DNA of 64,000 nt from Planctomycetota bacterium (GCA_965248575.1 CBDFJQ010000002.1:3680001-3744000), one strand, 5' to 3'. Shown: positions 17,728-27,518, counted from the first letter of the stretch. A program made the numbers and translations. The notes: generated from the sequence alone by a model not told the origin.

Positions 17728-18603
17728 TCAGTCGAGGCTCGCCAACAGTGACTCGCTCAGCCGCCGGTACTCCGCACCCAGTTCGCCGCCCATGGCTTCG
17801 GCCATGCTGATGGCCTGGTTCGCCGTGTCGCGGGCCTTTTCGGTGTCGCCGCGCTTGGCGAGGATGAGCCCCTTGCGATAGAGGATCCAGACCGCTTGAG
17901 GCTGCTGGGCAAGGCCTTCGCTGATCCACTCCAGCGCCTTGTCCAGGTCCAGATCGTGGTCGTAGTAGAACATCGCGGCAGAGAGGTAGGGCTTGGCTTC
18001 ACCAGGGGCCGACATGGCCGCCTCGATCTTCGGAACGAGGAGGGCGACGACGTCCACGACGATCGGGACGCGCACCCGTGCCTTCGCCCAGGCGAGCGTC
18101 AGGTCTGCGGCACCGTCACGCATGTTCTCAACGCTGATGAGCATGGTCTCGACGGGCTTCTTCAGCACGTGCGCCCTGACGGTCACACGCAGCACGTCCT
18201 GGCTGGCGTCGTAGCCATACGAACCCCACTGTTCCGTCGCCGCGTTCAGGATGAAGGTCCACTGATCCTTGCCCGGAATGGTGAACAGGGCATAGGTGCC
18301 GGCCGCGACGGGTTCGCCGCCGAAGCTGACGTCGGTGCTGAAGCTGATGCGCGTGGCCGAGTTGGCACCGGTGCGCCAGACCTCGCCATAGGGCACGAGC
18401 CCACCGAAGACGGTGCGACCCCGGGAGCTGGGCCGGGCGTAGTTGATCTCGACCGTGGTCAACCCCACCTGCTCGCGCACAAGGGCGGGCGGGCTGGCAG
18501 CCGGGAACTCAAGCGCGTCGGATTGTGCCGCGAGTGTCGGGCCAGTCGAGAAGAAGGAAGCGCAGAGCGCGAGAAGGAGCACGGCGTGGATGGGCTTTTT
18601 CAT
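17728..18603 (-). CDS. DUF2911 domain protein with C-terminal TPR
   Basis: ASP...Q.VGLT...INYARP..RGR..FGGLVPYGEVWRTGAN signature; signal peptide; C-terminal helical repeat LDKALEWI...ILYRKGLILAKRG. Confidence 0.88.
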   Translation of the reverse strand: MKKPIHAVLLLALCASFFSTGPTLAAQSDALEFPAASPPALVREQVGLTTVEINYARPSSRGRTVFGGLVPYGEVWRTGANSATRISFSTDVSFGGEPVAAGTYALFTIPGKDQWTFILNAATEQWGSYGYDASQDVLRVTVRAHVLKKPVETMLISVENMRDGAADLTLAWAKARVRVPIVVDVVALLVPKIEAAMSAPGEAKPYLSAAMFYYDHDLDLDKALEWISEGLAQQPQAVWILYRKGLILAKRGDTEKARDTANQAISMAEAMGGELGAEYRRLSESLLASLD

Positions 18604-18798
18604 GGTGGGCAATCGTACCGGCTGCCTGTCGCGCCGCGCCAACAGGTGCGAGCACCCTTCACTGCTGCGACTCTGTCGAGACTGTGAACGGTGGTCACCA
18701 ACGCTGGAGAGTGCACTAGGCTGGGGGCTGTCGACCTCGTCGTTGGAAGCCCGCTGCTGCGGTCGATCGCCTGCCCACTTCCTGCCCGGAGGCCTGAC

Positions 18799-19959
18799 AT
18801 GCTTGCTCCTTCCGTCCGAACGCTTGCTTCAGTTCTGCTCCTGGCGTGTTCAGCAGTCGCTCAGCTCGGCTTTGGAGAGTTGCCGCAACTAGAACCCTCC
18901 CCGGCCAAGGAGCCTGTCCTGATCTGCGCGACCTCCGACGACTTCTCGACCGGTGCCGTGGCGGCCCTGGCCGATGGCGCGGCGCCTGCGCTGGAACTGG
19001 TCGCGGCAACGGATGGCGGCAAGCACGTGCGCCGCTTCGGGCAGCAGATCTTCGTGGTGAACCGACTAGGGGGCAGTGTCGTGCGAGTGCCCTTGGCTGG
19101 GGGAGCGCCGCAGCTGTACAGCCTCGCTCGCGATTCCAAGCCCATGGATGTGTTGGTTGCCGGTGCGCCGTCGAAGGTGGGTGTCGCGTGGGTGAGTCGT
19201 CGTGACGAACCGAGGCTGTTGCGTCTCGACCTCGAGACCGGGGTCGCCACCGAGTCCATCGACTTGAGCCCCGTGGGAGAGGGCGACGCCATCGCGTTGG
19301 GCTTCATGGAACGTCACGGGTCGACGTTGTTCGTGCAGGTGCGTGTATTCGACGCCGAGGATGCACCCGGTGGTGACAGCGGGGTGCTCGCCGTCGTCGA
19401 CCTGGAGCGCGAGCTGCTGGTGGACGTGGACCCCGTTGCGCCCGGCGTGCAGGGCATCGCGTTGCTCGGGGCGCCGCCTCGCTTCAAGATGCAGATCGTC
19501 GACGACACGCTCTTCGTGAGCAGCACTGAGACCTTCAATGACATCCGCGGCGGGGTCGAGAAGGTGAACCTCTCCAGCTTGGCGTCCGAGGGCTACGTGA
19601 TCAGTGAAGCCAGCGGGCATTCAGACATGGGCGGCTTCGTGATGCTCGACGCGCAGCACGGCTACTACGTGTTCCACACGGACTTGCTGGCGTCGACCCA
19701 TCTGGTGGCGTTCAGCGTAGACAAGGGGCCGGAGCCCGGCAGCCTGATCGACCTGCTGGGCGACACGCTGGATGTGTTGGTGTACGACCCGGCGTCCGAG
19801 CGCCTCTATCTGCCCAGTGGGTTCGCTTCCAACGGGCCCGGGCTCTACGTCTTTGACACGGGGACAAACAGCTTGCTGGGCCCACCGGTGTCCACGGGAT
19901 TCCGTCCACACGATGTGCTGCTGGTGGCACCCTTGGCTTTGTTTGAACCGGCGCCGTAG
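18799..19959 (+). CDS. Secreted YncE-like beta-propeller protein
   Basis: GGAGG SD before ATG 18799; signal peptide AVA|Q; beta-strand repeats (IFVVNR, AWVSR, LFVQV, LFVSS, LYVFDT). Confidence 0.65.
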   Translation: MLAPSVRTLASVLLLACSAVAQLGFGELPQLEPSPAKEPVLICATSDDFSTGAVAALADGAAPALELVAATDGGKHVRRFGQQIFVVNRLGGSVVRVPLAGGAPQLYSLARDSKPMDVLVAGAPSKVGVAWVSRRDEPRLLRLDLETGVATESIDLSPVGEGDAIALGFMERHGSTLFVQVRVFDAEDAPGGDSGVLAVVDLERELLVDVDPVAPGVQGIALLGAPPRFKMQIVDDTLFVSSTETFNDIRGGVEKVNLSSLASEGYVISEASGHSDMGGFVMLDAQHGYYVFHTDLLASTHLVAFSVDKGPEPGSLIDLLGDTLDVLVYDPASERLYLPSGFASNGPGLYVFDTGTNSLLGPPVSTGFRPHDVLLVAPLALFEPAP

Positions 19960-19967
19960 GTCCGGGA

Positions 19968-20795
19968 TCAGTCGGCTTTCCGGGCCGTCACGACCCGCGT
20001 CGCGTTGGACGTGCGGATGCTGCCATCCGCCAGCGGCGTGAGAGCTTTGGCGACCAAGTCTTCCAGAGCCGCCTGCTTCTCGGTAGGTAGCGCCACGAGC
20101 TCGGGGCCGATGGGTGTCGAGCGCAGGGTGCGGATGACTTCAGGCAGCCCGTTCTCGAAGACCATGTCGGCTCTTTGGATGCACTCCTCTACCTGTTCGA
20201 AGCCAGCGGCTTGGAAGAGTTGTGTGAGCTCGCCTTCCGGCACGTGATCGAAGGGGATGCGCAACTTGGTGGAGAGGGCAGCCTCTTCGAGAGCTTCGAG
20301 CGCGCTGCAGAGTGCGCCGAACATCTCGCAGGACTCCACCGGGAGCCAGCTGCTGACCACCGCGCGGCCACCGGGGTGAAGCACCCGGAAGAACTCGGCG
20401 ACGGCTGCCCCGCGGTCCGGGAAGAACTGCAGGCCTTGTTGGCAGACGACGACGTCGACACTTGCGGCGTCGAGGGTCAGCGGGTGCGCGAGGGTCTGCA
20501 GGAACTTCACCCGTCCAGCAGGGTCAGCGCAGCGTTCGCGCGCCACATCGAGCATGGAGTCGTTGGCGTCGGCGGCGAGGATGCGGCCTCGCACTCCCAC
20601 TGCGTCCAGCAGCGTACGCGTCACCACGCCGGTTCCGCAGGCGATGTCGAGCACGCGACAGCCCTCCCAAGGGCCGTGCTCATCGCGCAGGCGCTCGGCC
20701 CAGGGGCGGAAGAGCGCGGGCACCAGCCCGGTGTCATAGGCCCGCGCGACGGAAGAACCGCTGAAGTCAAAGGAAGGGGGCGACGGCTTGCTCAT
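19968..20795 (-). CDS. Class I SAM-dependent methyltransferase
   Basis: VLDIACGTG motif I; DVVVCQQGLQFFPDR...RVLHPGG. Confidence 0.92.
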   Translation of the reverse strand: MSKPSPPSFDFSGSSVARAYDTGLVPALFRPWAERLRDEHGPWEGCRVLDIACGTGVVTRTLLDAVGVRGRILAADANDSMLDVARERCADPAGRVKFLQTLAHPLTLDAASVDVVVCQQGLQFFPDRGAAVAEFFRVLHPGGRAVVSSWLPVESCEMFGALCSALEALEEAALSTKLRIPFDHVPEGELTQLFQAAGFEQVEECIQRADMVFENGLPEVIRTLRSTPIGPELVALPTEKQAALEDLVAKALTPLADGSIRTSNATRVVTARKAD

Positions 20796-21802
20796 GGTGC
20801 GCGCTTGTCTCCCGCGGAGGGCCCGTAGGTGTGCGTCGTGAACTGCTGCTCGGCGAGTCGTTCGAACCAGGCCCGTGTGCTCTCGACGGCGCTCGCGGGG
20901 TTGTGCCCGAAGAGCACGTAGTTCTCGATCTCGCTGCCGCGCCCCATGAACAACTGCATCGTGCCCTGCGAGCGATGGGCGGCGATGGCCCAGTTGACGA
21001 TGATCTGGTAGTTCAGCTTGTCTTCGTAGCCGAAGCCCTGGGTGCGGTCGAAGTCGAAGCTGGGGGCGCCGGCCAGCGGCGTCGTGATGGGCCAGTCGGC
21101 CAGGCCTTCCGGCTCGCCGGGCGGGTCGTCCTTGCGCACGAAGCGCACGCCGAGCGAAACAGGCCTCTCGTCTTGGGGCAGGCTCTCAAGTGCTTGAAGT
21201 GCCAGCAGTGCTGCCGATTTGTGATGACCGTGCGTTCCTTCGTTCGGCAGGAAAGTGAGCAGGTAGTCGTAACGGCCGCGCTGCATGACCGAGGCGATGG
21301 TCCTCCGCGCGCCGTCCACGTCCCAGATGTCGGCGCCTTCGCCGAGGATCTCCAACTCATCAGTCGTGTAGCGGTGGTCCTTTTGGCGCAGGAAGAGCAC
21401 GCGACGGACATTCATGACCCGCGCACCGTCGACCATCTCCTTGCGGCGGATGGTCGGCAGCTCCCGTCGCCCCACCGTCTCGTCCGTGAGGGCGAGGCCA
21501 TAGAGGGGCTCGGCCAGGGTGGAGTACTTGAAGCCCCCCTCGCCATTGGTCAGCACGAGCACGTCCGTGAAGCCCCCGAGGTGGGTGGCGTTCTTGTACA
21601 TCAGGCCGGCGAAGGCGATGTCGTCGTCGGGGTGGGCGACCACCACGAGTACGCGCGCTGCGTCCCGGTCCCGAGGCCCATCGGTGACGTAGGCGATGTC
21701 GAGCGGGATGGGTGTCGTCACCGCGCAGGCGGCGAGAGACGCGAGCAATATCACGAGGCAGGCGACACCATGTGACGGCGAAGGAGATGGACGGATACTC
21801 AA
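20792..21802 (-). CDS. PIG-L/LmbE family deacetylase, probable lipoprotein
   Basis: VVVAHPDDD, LTNGEGG, HGHH and AHRSQG motifs; lipobox-like LAAC. Start position uncertain. Confidence 0.85.
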   Translation of the reverse strand: MSIRPSPSPSHGVACLVILLASLAACAVTTPIPLDIAYVTDGPRDRDAARVLVVVAHPDDDIAFAGLMYKNATHLGGFTDVLVLTNGEGGFKYSTLAEPLYGLALTDETVGRRELPTIRRKEMVDGARVMNVRRVLFLRQKDHRYTTDELEILGEGADIWDVDGARRTIASVMQRGRYDYLLTFLPNEGTHGHHKSAALLALQALESLPQDERPVSLGVRFVRKDDPPGEPEGLADWPITTPLAGAPSFDFDRTQGFGYEDKLNYQIIVNWAIAAHRSQGTMQLFMGRGSEIENYVLFGHNPASAVESTRAWFERLAEQQFTTHTYGPSAGDKRAP

Positions 21803-21812
21803 GTCAGGCGCT

Positions 21813-22547
21813 CTACTTGGAGGAGTTCAGCGAGGGGTTCAGCCCGTGCTCTTGGAAGAGCAACAGGAGGTCTTCCGGCAAGGGGCATTGGAACTCGTGG
21901 GGTGTTTGCTCGTCATCGAAGTCTACGCGCGAGGCGTGCAGGGCTTGGCGGATGTGTGCGGTCGAGGGCGGCGTGCAGTACCACTCTTCACCGAGCAGTG
22001 GGTGGCCGAGGGAGGCGAGGTGGACCCGGATCTGGTGCGTGCGCCCCGTCTCGATCTGCACTTCAAGCAGGCTGCAGGCGCGGCCGAGGGCCACGCGGCG
22101 GATCATGCTTACGGCGCGCTGGCCGTCGGCATGGACACCCAGCACCCGGGAAGGAGTTTCCTGCAAGAGCCCGATGGGCGCCTCCACCCGGAGATGCTCG
22201 AAATCCACCAGGCCGTGCACACCAGCGAGATACGTCTTGGTCCCGTTCGGAAAGCGCATGCGCTCTTTCCAGCGAGGGACCAAGGCCTTCTCGGTGACGA
22301 ACACGTTGATGCCCGAGGTGTCGGCATCCAATTGATGGATCGCCCAGACCTTGCAGTCGAGCTTGTGCATGAGCGCGAACTGCAGGCTGTCGGGATCGTC
22401 GAGAGTCCTGCCCGTGGAGGGGATGCCCCACGGTTTGTCCATGACCAGGACCCCGCCCTGCCCCCAGAGGGTGCGGCGATCGAGCTCCCCGGGGGCGCGC
22501 CGCAGGCGCCTGTGCACGGCTTCGACGTGGGTGTCATCGGGAATCAC
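21813..22547 (-). CDS. RluA family pseudouridine synthase
   Basis: DKPWG, HQLDADTSG (catalytic Asp), KTYLAGV, TGRTHQIRVHLASLGHPLLGE, QALHA. Start set at GTG 22547 (CATGAT -10-like hexamer 6 nt upstream); the ORF track extends to 22595. Confidence 0.9.
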   Translation of the reverse strand: MIPDDTHVEAVHRRLRRAPGELDRRTLWGQGGVLVMDKPWGIPSTGRTLDDPDSLQFALMHKLDCKVWAIHQLDADTSGINVFVTEKALVPRWKERMRFPNGTKTYLAGVHGLVDFEHLRVEAPIGLLQETPSRVLGVHADGQRAVSMIRRVALGRACSLLEVQIETGRTHQIRVHLASLGHPLLGEEWYCTPPSTAHIRQALHASRVDFDDEQTPHEFQCPLPEDLLLLFQEHGLNPSLNSSK

Positions 22548-22622
22548 GGCGACATCATGCCAGGAGTTGGGTTGGCTAGGCGGAGATCGGATCATCCCGT
22601 GTCAAGCCGCTAGACTGGCCTC

Positions 22623-23270
22623 ATGATCAGCGCGCATCCGAAGTACCCGAACCTGCACGTCTTCACGCACCCGTTGATCCAGGACAAGCTGAGCCGGGTC
22701 CGGGATGTGGCCACCGACAGTTCAGAGTTCCGGCGGCTCACGAACCAGATCGCGTCGCTCATGACGTTTCACGTGTTCAGCAACCTGTCCACGGCGCCGA
22801 CCGAGGTGACGACGCCGCTCGAACAGACCCGAGGCGAGCGCATCGACCAGCCGGTGACCCTCGTGCCGATCCTGCGCGCGGGGCTCGGGATGACCGAGGG
22901 GATCCTGGCGCTGTACCCCGAGGCGCGGGTTGGCCACATCGGCATGTATCGCAACGAGCAGACGCTGCGGCCCGTGCCCTACTACTGCAAGTTGCCGCCC
23001 GACGTGGCCCAGGGGCCGGTCTTGCTCGTGGACCCCATGGTTGCCACGGGTCACAGCGCCGAGCATGCCGTGAGTCAGATCAAGCAGGCCGGCTGTCGCG
23101 ACGTGCGCCTGTTGTGTCTCGTGAGCGCGCCTTCAGGCGTGCAGACGCTCCTGGAGAAACACCCGGACGTGCCTGTCTACACCGCGGCCCTCGACCGGGA
23201 GCTGAGTGACGTCGGTTACATCCTGCCGGGCCTGGGTGACGCGGGCGACCGGTTGTTCGGAACGCTCTAG
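22623..23270 (+). CDS. upp: Uracil phosphoribosyltransferase
   Basis: HPLIQDKL, VPILRAGLGM, LLVDPMVATG, GYILPGLGDAGDRLFGT. Confidence 0.97.
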   Translation: MISAHPKYPNLHVFTHPLIQDKLSRVRDVATDSSEFRRLTNQIASLMTFHVFSNLSTAPTEVTTPLEQTRGERIDQPVTLVPILRAGLGMTEGILALYPEARVGHIGMYRNEQTLRPVPYYCKLPPDVAQGPVLLVDPMVATGHSAEHAVSQIKQAGCRDVRLLCLVSAPSGVQTLLEKHPDVPVYTAALDRELSDVGYILPGLGDAGDRLFGTL

Positions 23271-24898
23271 CCACCAGTGCGGCAGAAGCACGAGCCGGGG
23301 ATGCTGATGTCCGAGCGGCGCCACGCCCTGGCGAAGCGCCGGCTGGCATCGGCCGCCTCGTCCGGCATGCCGAGGGCCGCGAGGCACTCAGCCATTCCGT
23401 GCAGCGCCCAACCGTTGTTGGGGTAGCGAGCGAGGTTTGCGCGATACACCTGCAGCGCTTCCTCGTACTGACCCTGCTCGGTGAGCAAGGCGCCGAGTGC
23501 ATGACGTGCCGGCTCCATCCAACCCCAGGGCTCGTCGTAGTTCAGGACCTCGTCGAGGGCGACGGCCTCGCGCAGCAGGACGAAGGCTCTCTCGTGCGCC
23601 CCCTGGCGGTAGGCGATCTCGCCGGCGAGCACCTTTTCTGCGACAGCGAGAATCCCCGAGACGGAGTTGTTGAACAGCATGCGGCTCGCGGGCACGGCGG
23701 CGCGCGCTGCGAGGAAGGCGTCCTGTTCCTTCAGGGCGGCCTCGACCTTGCCCAAGGAGGCGAGAGCAACTCCTCGGGCGTAGTGCCACACGGCGCGGGT
23801 CGCCAGCAGCTCGGGCGCCGGTTCTGGCTCCTTCAGGATCTGTTCCCAGAGTCCGAAGCGCACCTGCACGTGATAGGGCGTCGCGGCGAAGATGTCGAAC
23901 ACGTCCGGCACGGCCGCGAGCAGGCCCGGCGGGAGTTCGTCCACGAGGCGTCGCGCGTACTCGAGGGCCAGGGCGCGCTGTCCATCCCACATCGCGCCAT
24001 AGGCCACGAAGTGATAGTTGTGGATGCGGTAGGCGGAGTAGAAGTTCTCGCGGCCGGCGTGCTCGACGAAGGCGTCGTCGATGTCCACGGCTTCCACGTT
24101 GACGCGGATGACGTCCGCGTAGCGCCCTGTCCAGACGTAGATGTGGCTGGGCATGTGGATCAGGTGCCCGAGGCCCGGCGTGAGGCCCTCCAGGGTCTTC
24201 GCCACTTCACCGGCGAGGGCGACCTCCGGCCCCGCCTCCATGGCGTGGATGTAGAGGTGGCACAGCGCCGGATGCTTCGGCCAGCGCGCGATCCCGTTTT
24301 CGAGCACATGGCGGATGTCAGCCAAGATCGGGGCCGGCACGCCTTCATGGCTCCAGAGCCCCCAGGGCTTCAACTGCATGAGCGCCTCGGCCGTGAGTGC
24401 TGCGACGTCCGGATCGTCTGGATAGCTCGCGTAGACCTCCTGCATGGCTTCGGCGTAGGCGCGCTCAAGCGGCATACGGTCTTCGGGGGCCGGCCAGGCG
24501 TAGCGTTGCGCCATGGCGTCGATCAGCGCGGCCTCGGCGGCAGAGGCTCCCTGCTTCAACGCTTGGGCGCGTTGGATGGCTTCCCAAGCGGCCTGGCTCG
24601 CGACGTCGTCGATGACGGTGCTGTTGTAGTTGGGTCCCAGGGCGTAGGCCCGGCCCCAGTGCGCCATGGCGAAGCCCGGGTCTGCCTGCGCGGCGCGGTC
24701 GAAGCACTGCACCGCTTCCTCGTGGTTGAAGCCGAAGCAGAGCGCGAGCCCGCGATCGAACCAGAGCTGTGCCGTGGCCGAGTCGGTGCTCGTCGCCCGG
24801 TGCACTACACCGATGTCGTAGTGGACCGGAGCAGCGCCGATCAGCGAGCAGCATGGAAGGACAAGGCCGACGAGCAAGAGCAGGCTGGCGAGACGCAT
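23267..24898 (-). CDS. Exported TPR-containing protein with His-rich motifs
   Basis: AAGGAGG SD before ATG 24898; signal peptide; FDRGLALCFGFNHEEA, HLYIHAME, HLIHMPSHIY, HNYHF, YDEPWGW, PNNGWALHG, C-terminal SCFC. Confidence 0.8.
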   Translation of the reverse strand: MRLASLLLLVGLVLPCCSLIGAAPVHYDIGVVHRATSTDSATAQLWFDRGLALCFGFNHEEAVQCFDRAAQADPGFAMAHWGRAYALGPNYNSTVIDDVASQAAWEAIQRAQALKQGASAAEAALIDAMAQRYAWPAPEDRMPLERAYAEAMQEVYASYPDDPDVAALTAEALMQLKPWGLWSHEGVPAPILADIRHVLENGIARWPKHPALCHLYIHAMEAGPEVALAGEVAKTLEGLTPGLGHLIHMPSHIYVWTGRYADVIRVNVEAVDIDDAFVEHAGRENFYSAYRIHNYHFVAYGAMWDGQRALALEYARRLVDELPPGLLAAVPDVFDIFAATPYHVQVRFGLWEQILKEPEPAPELLATRAVWHYARGVALASLGKVEAALKEQDAFLAARAAVPASRMLFNNSVSGILAVAEKVLAGEIAYRQGAHERAFVLLREAVALDEVLNYDEPWGWMEPARHALGALLTEQGQYEEALQVYRANLARYPNNGWALHGMAECLAALGMPDEAADASRRFARAWRRSDISIPGSCFCRTGG

Positions 24899-25021
24899 GG
24901 GGCAATCCTCCTTCAACGGGCGAGCCCGCAGCAGCGTGTCGCTGGGCGCCGGGCTGTAGGTGGGCTGGTATACAGCAGCGGGACGGCCCGTTGCCATGAG
25001 CGGATCCCGTGGCCTGCGCCG

Positions 25022-25233
25022 CCACGGGCAGGCGCTGATGCTGTGGGCCTGTACGGCACGGCGGGCACATGGTGGATCGTCTCAAAGCAAACAAACCGGA
25101 TTTCGACGGCGTCTTCATCAACACCGGGTCAGCCGGCAACACGGTGATGAACAGCAAGATTTTGAAGGCCGGCGACAACGGCCTGGAAGTCGAGGCTGGT
25201 GACACCGAGTTCAAGACGTCGAACCTGCCCTGA
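25022..25233 (+). pseudogene. Frameshifted remnant of a parallel beta-helix repeat protein
   Basis: RAGADAVGLYGT in one frame is continued by MVDRLKANKPDFDGVFINTGSAGNTVMNSKILKAGDNGLEVEAGDTEFKTSNLP* (25069..25233) in another; ~23-aa periodicity. Confidence 0.45.
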
Positions 25234-25286
25234 CCAGCGCTGCACGCGCTGGTTGAGGGTGATGCCCCCTCAGGAGCGCGAGCAAG

Positions 25287-27518
25287 ATGGGTAAAGGGAG
25301 TGTGCTGGGGGTGGGGTTGGCGGTCGTGGGCTTGGTGCTGTGGGCAGCGCTGTCGGCGCTGCAGCCGAAGGATGATGCGGGTGGAGAGTCTTCCGGCGTG
25401 GCAGCGGAGTCGGCGGAAGCCGTCCGGCAGGCGCCGCTTGAGACGATGAGTCTGCCCGAGGCGCTGGAGGGGGAGGTCGCTGAGAGCTTGCTCAGCGTTC
25501 CGCTCCAGGAGCATGCAGCGGAGAGCGGCCAACCCACCCTGGTCAAGATGTTCGCCGTCCAGAAGTTGCCGAACGGCGGGCGGGGGCCCGCAGCCGTGGC
25601 GGAACTCGAGCTGGGTGTGAGCTGGTCGAGGAAGGACTACGGCGAGGCTCTGCACACCCTTCAGACAGACAGCTCGGGTCAGGCGCAGATGGAGTTGTCG
25701 TGGGAACATCTGCGTCCTGCGGCCGACGGCTCGCGCCCTTGGATCTGGCTGCGTTCCTCGGGACCGGGGCTCTTGACGCGGACCGACTCCCGGCGAGTGC
25801 CCAAGGAAGCCGGGGCAGCTGTCCAACTGAGCGTGGACATCCAGGCGGGCACGACCATGGAAGGCCGCATCCTGGGCCCGGATGGCGAGGGAGTCGCCGG
25901 GCAGGTGCAGTTGATGTCCTACGGCCCCGACGGCGGGCTGAGTTCGACGATGGCGAAGGCGGCCGCCGACGGTTTGTTCTCGGGCGAACTCCGTCAGGAG
26001 GCTGAGACCTTCCTCTACGCAGAGGCGACGAGCGATCCGGACGGCAAGGAGACCTACCGGATCCCGAGCCAGCTCGACCTGGGGACCGGTGTCTCGGAGA
26101 ACTTCCAGGTGAGCTTCACGAGTCCCGTGCCCTTCCAGGAGGTGCATGTGTCCGGGCCAGGGCTCATCCATGGCCGGCTCACCGATGCCGACGATCAGCC
26201 AGCGGTTGGGGTTCGCCTGCAGGCCCTGGTGGTTCCGTCGGGGATTGATGACGGATCCACCCAGGAGGAGTCCCAGGTGGCGCTCTACGCCATGCGGCTC
26301 GAAGGGGGCGGCCACCTGGGCGTGTCGGCGACGACGGACACCGAAGGTGCGTTCGAGTTTCGCGGCCTGCGCAACGCCTTCTTCTTCGTCTACGCCCTGA
26401 GCGAGGAGAGTTTTTCGGGCAGGCCCACCACGCTCCTCACCCCCGAGCCGATCCCGAGCCACGGGGAGCCTCTGCACCTGCGCTTGAGTCGGCCACACCT
26501 GGCCCTCCATGTGCGGCATGCGGACGGGTCCGTCCCGGGGCCGGGCTTCACGACCCATCGGTTTTCCCGCCTCTACGACACCCTCGATGAATGGCCTGAG
26601 CAGTCGGGCTTGATCGTGAGCCTCGCTCCCGAGGATGCGCACACCCGGGAATGGAGAGGTCCCTATCTGGAACCCAAGCAGGTGGGGCCCGGAGAGTTCG
26701 TCTTGGACGTCGATGCGGAGCTCTCGGTCGACATCGGCGTGATCGGCGGCGGTGCGCCGTGGCGACCCCAGCGGGTCACACTGCCCCCAGGCGCAGGGAG
26801 GGTCGATGTGGACGTCGTCTTGGCCGAGGAAGTGCGCACAGCTGCCCTCGTGCTGGGTGTTGTGGATTCCGCAGGCGAGCCCTTGGTGGAGCAGGTCCGC
26901 GTGCGCCTGAGCGACCCGGCGACCGGTGTGGTCCTCTACGACAAGGGCTGCGACTACACCGATGAGGGGGACTGGCCGCTCCGGGTGGAGCTCCCCGAGG
27001 GTGAGTACCGTCTGCTGGTGGAGGGTCACGCCTGGATTGAAGACCACCACGGGACACTCATGGAGCAGCGAGAGCACGGAGCCTTCGAACAGGACATCCT
27101 CCTGTCGTCCGCGGGCGATCTAGCCGTCACGGCGCGCCTCGGCGCGGGAGCACGCTTGGACCTCAAGATCGTCGGTGCAGCGAGTGCAGAGGAGCAGAAA
27201 CTGCTCGAAGAGAAACGGGATGGCTTCGTGTCCTTTGGCGACAGCAAGCCACCCGAGGCTCCTTCAGTCTCTCTGCGCCTGGAGCGCGAGGGCCGGTGGC
27301 CCGAGTACCCCTCCTTCCGTCGCTTCGCCATGGGCGGCACGAGCGCAGCGGGCACGCACATGTTCTCGTCCCTGCTGCTGGGTAGCGAGGGCGTGTCTGA
27401 GATCCTGACGCCCGGCGAGTACACCCTGGTCGCCACCATCGCTGGTGGGCGCAGCCTCGAGCGCAAGGTCGTGCTCGCCCCCGGGCAGACGCTTCAGGTG
27501 CTGCTGAACTTCGACTGA
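25287..27518 (+). CDS. Membrane-anchored protein with carboxypeptidase-regulatory-like (Ig/prealbumin-fold) repeats
   Basis: N-terminal TM; GRILGPDGEGVAG, GRLTDADDQPAVGVRL, TDTEGAFEFRGL, GVVDSAGEP, LPEGEYRL, TPGEYTLVA. Confidence 0.7.
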   Translation: MGKGSVLGVGLAVVGLVLWAALSALQPKDDAGGESSGVAAESAEAVRQAPLETMSLPEALEGEVAESLLSVPLQEHAAESGQPTLVKMFAVQKLPNGGRGPAAVAELELGVSWSRKDYGEALHTLQTDSSGQAQMELSWEHLRPAADGSRPWIWLRSSGPGLLTRTDSRRVPKEAGAAVQLSVDIQAGTTMEGRILGPDGEGVAGQVQLMSYGPDGGLSSTMAKAAADGLFSGELRQEAETFLYAEATSDPDGKETYRIPSQLDLGTGVSENFQVSFTSPVPFQEVHVSGPGLIHGRLTDADDQPAVGVRLQALVVPSGIDDGSTQEESQVALYAMRLEGGGHLGVSATTDTEGAFEFRGLRNAFFFVYALSEESFSGRPTTLLTPEPIPSHGEPLHLRLSRPHLALHVRHADGSVPGPGFTTHRFSRLYDTLDEWPEQSGLIVSLAPEDAHTREWRGPYLEPKQVGPGEFVLDVDAELSVDIGVIGGGAPWRPQRVTLPPGAGRVDVDVVLAEEVRTAALVLGVVDSAGEPLVEQVRVRLSDPATGVVLYDKGCDYTDEGDWPLRVELPEGEYRLLVEGHAWIEDHHGTLMEQREHGAFEQDILLSSAGDLAVTARLGAGARLDLKIVGAASAEEQKLLEEKRDGFVSFGDSKPPEAPSVSLRLEREGRWPEYPSFRRFAMGGTSAAGTHMFSSLLLGSEGVSEILTPGEYTLVATIAGGRSLERKVVLAPGQTLQVLLNFD

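Noticed and set aside
21620..21640. PIG-L motif AHPDDD rather than AHPDDE
   Set aside because: Conservative change outside the core metal-binding HxDD; not evidence of new function.
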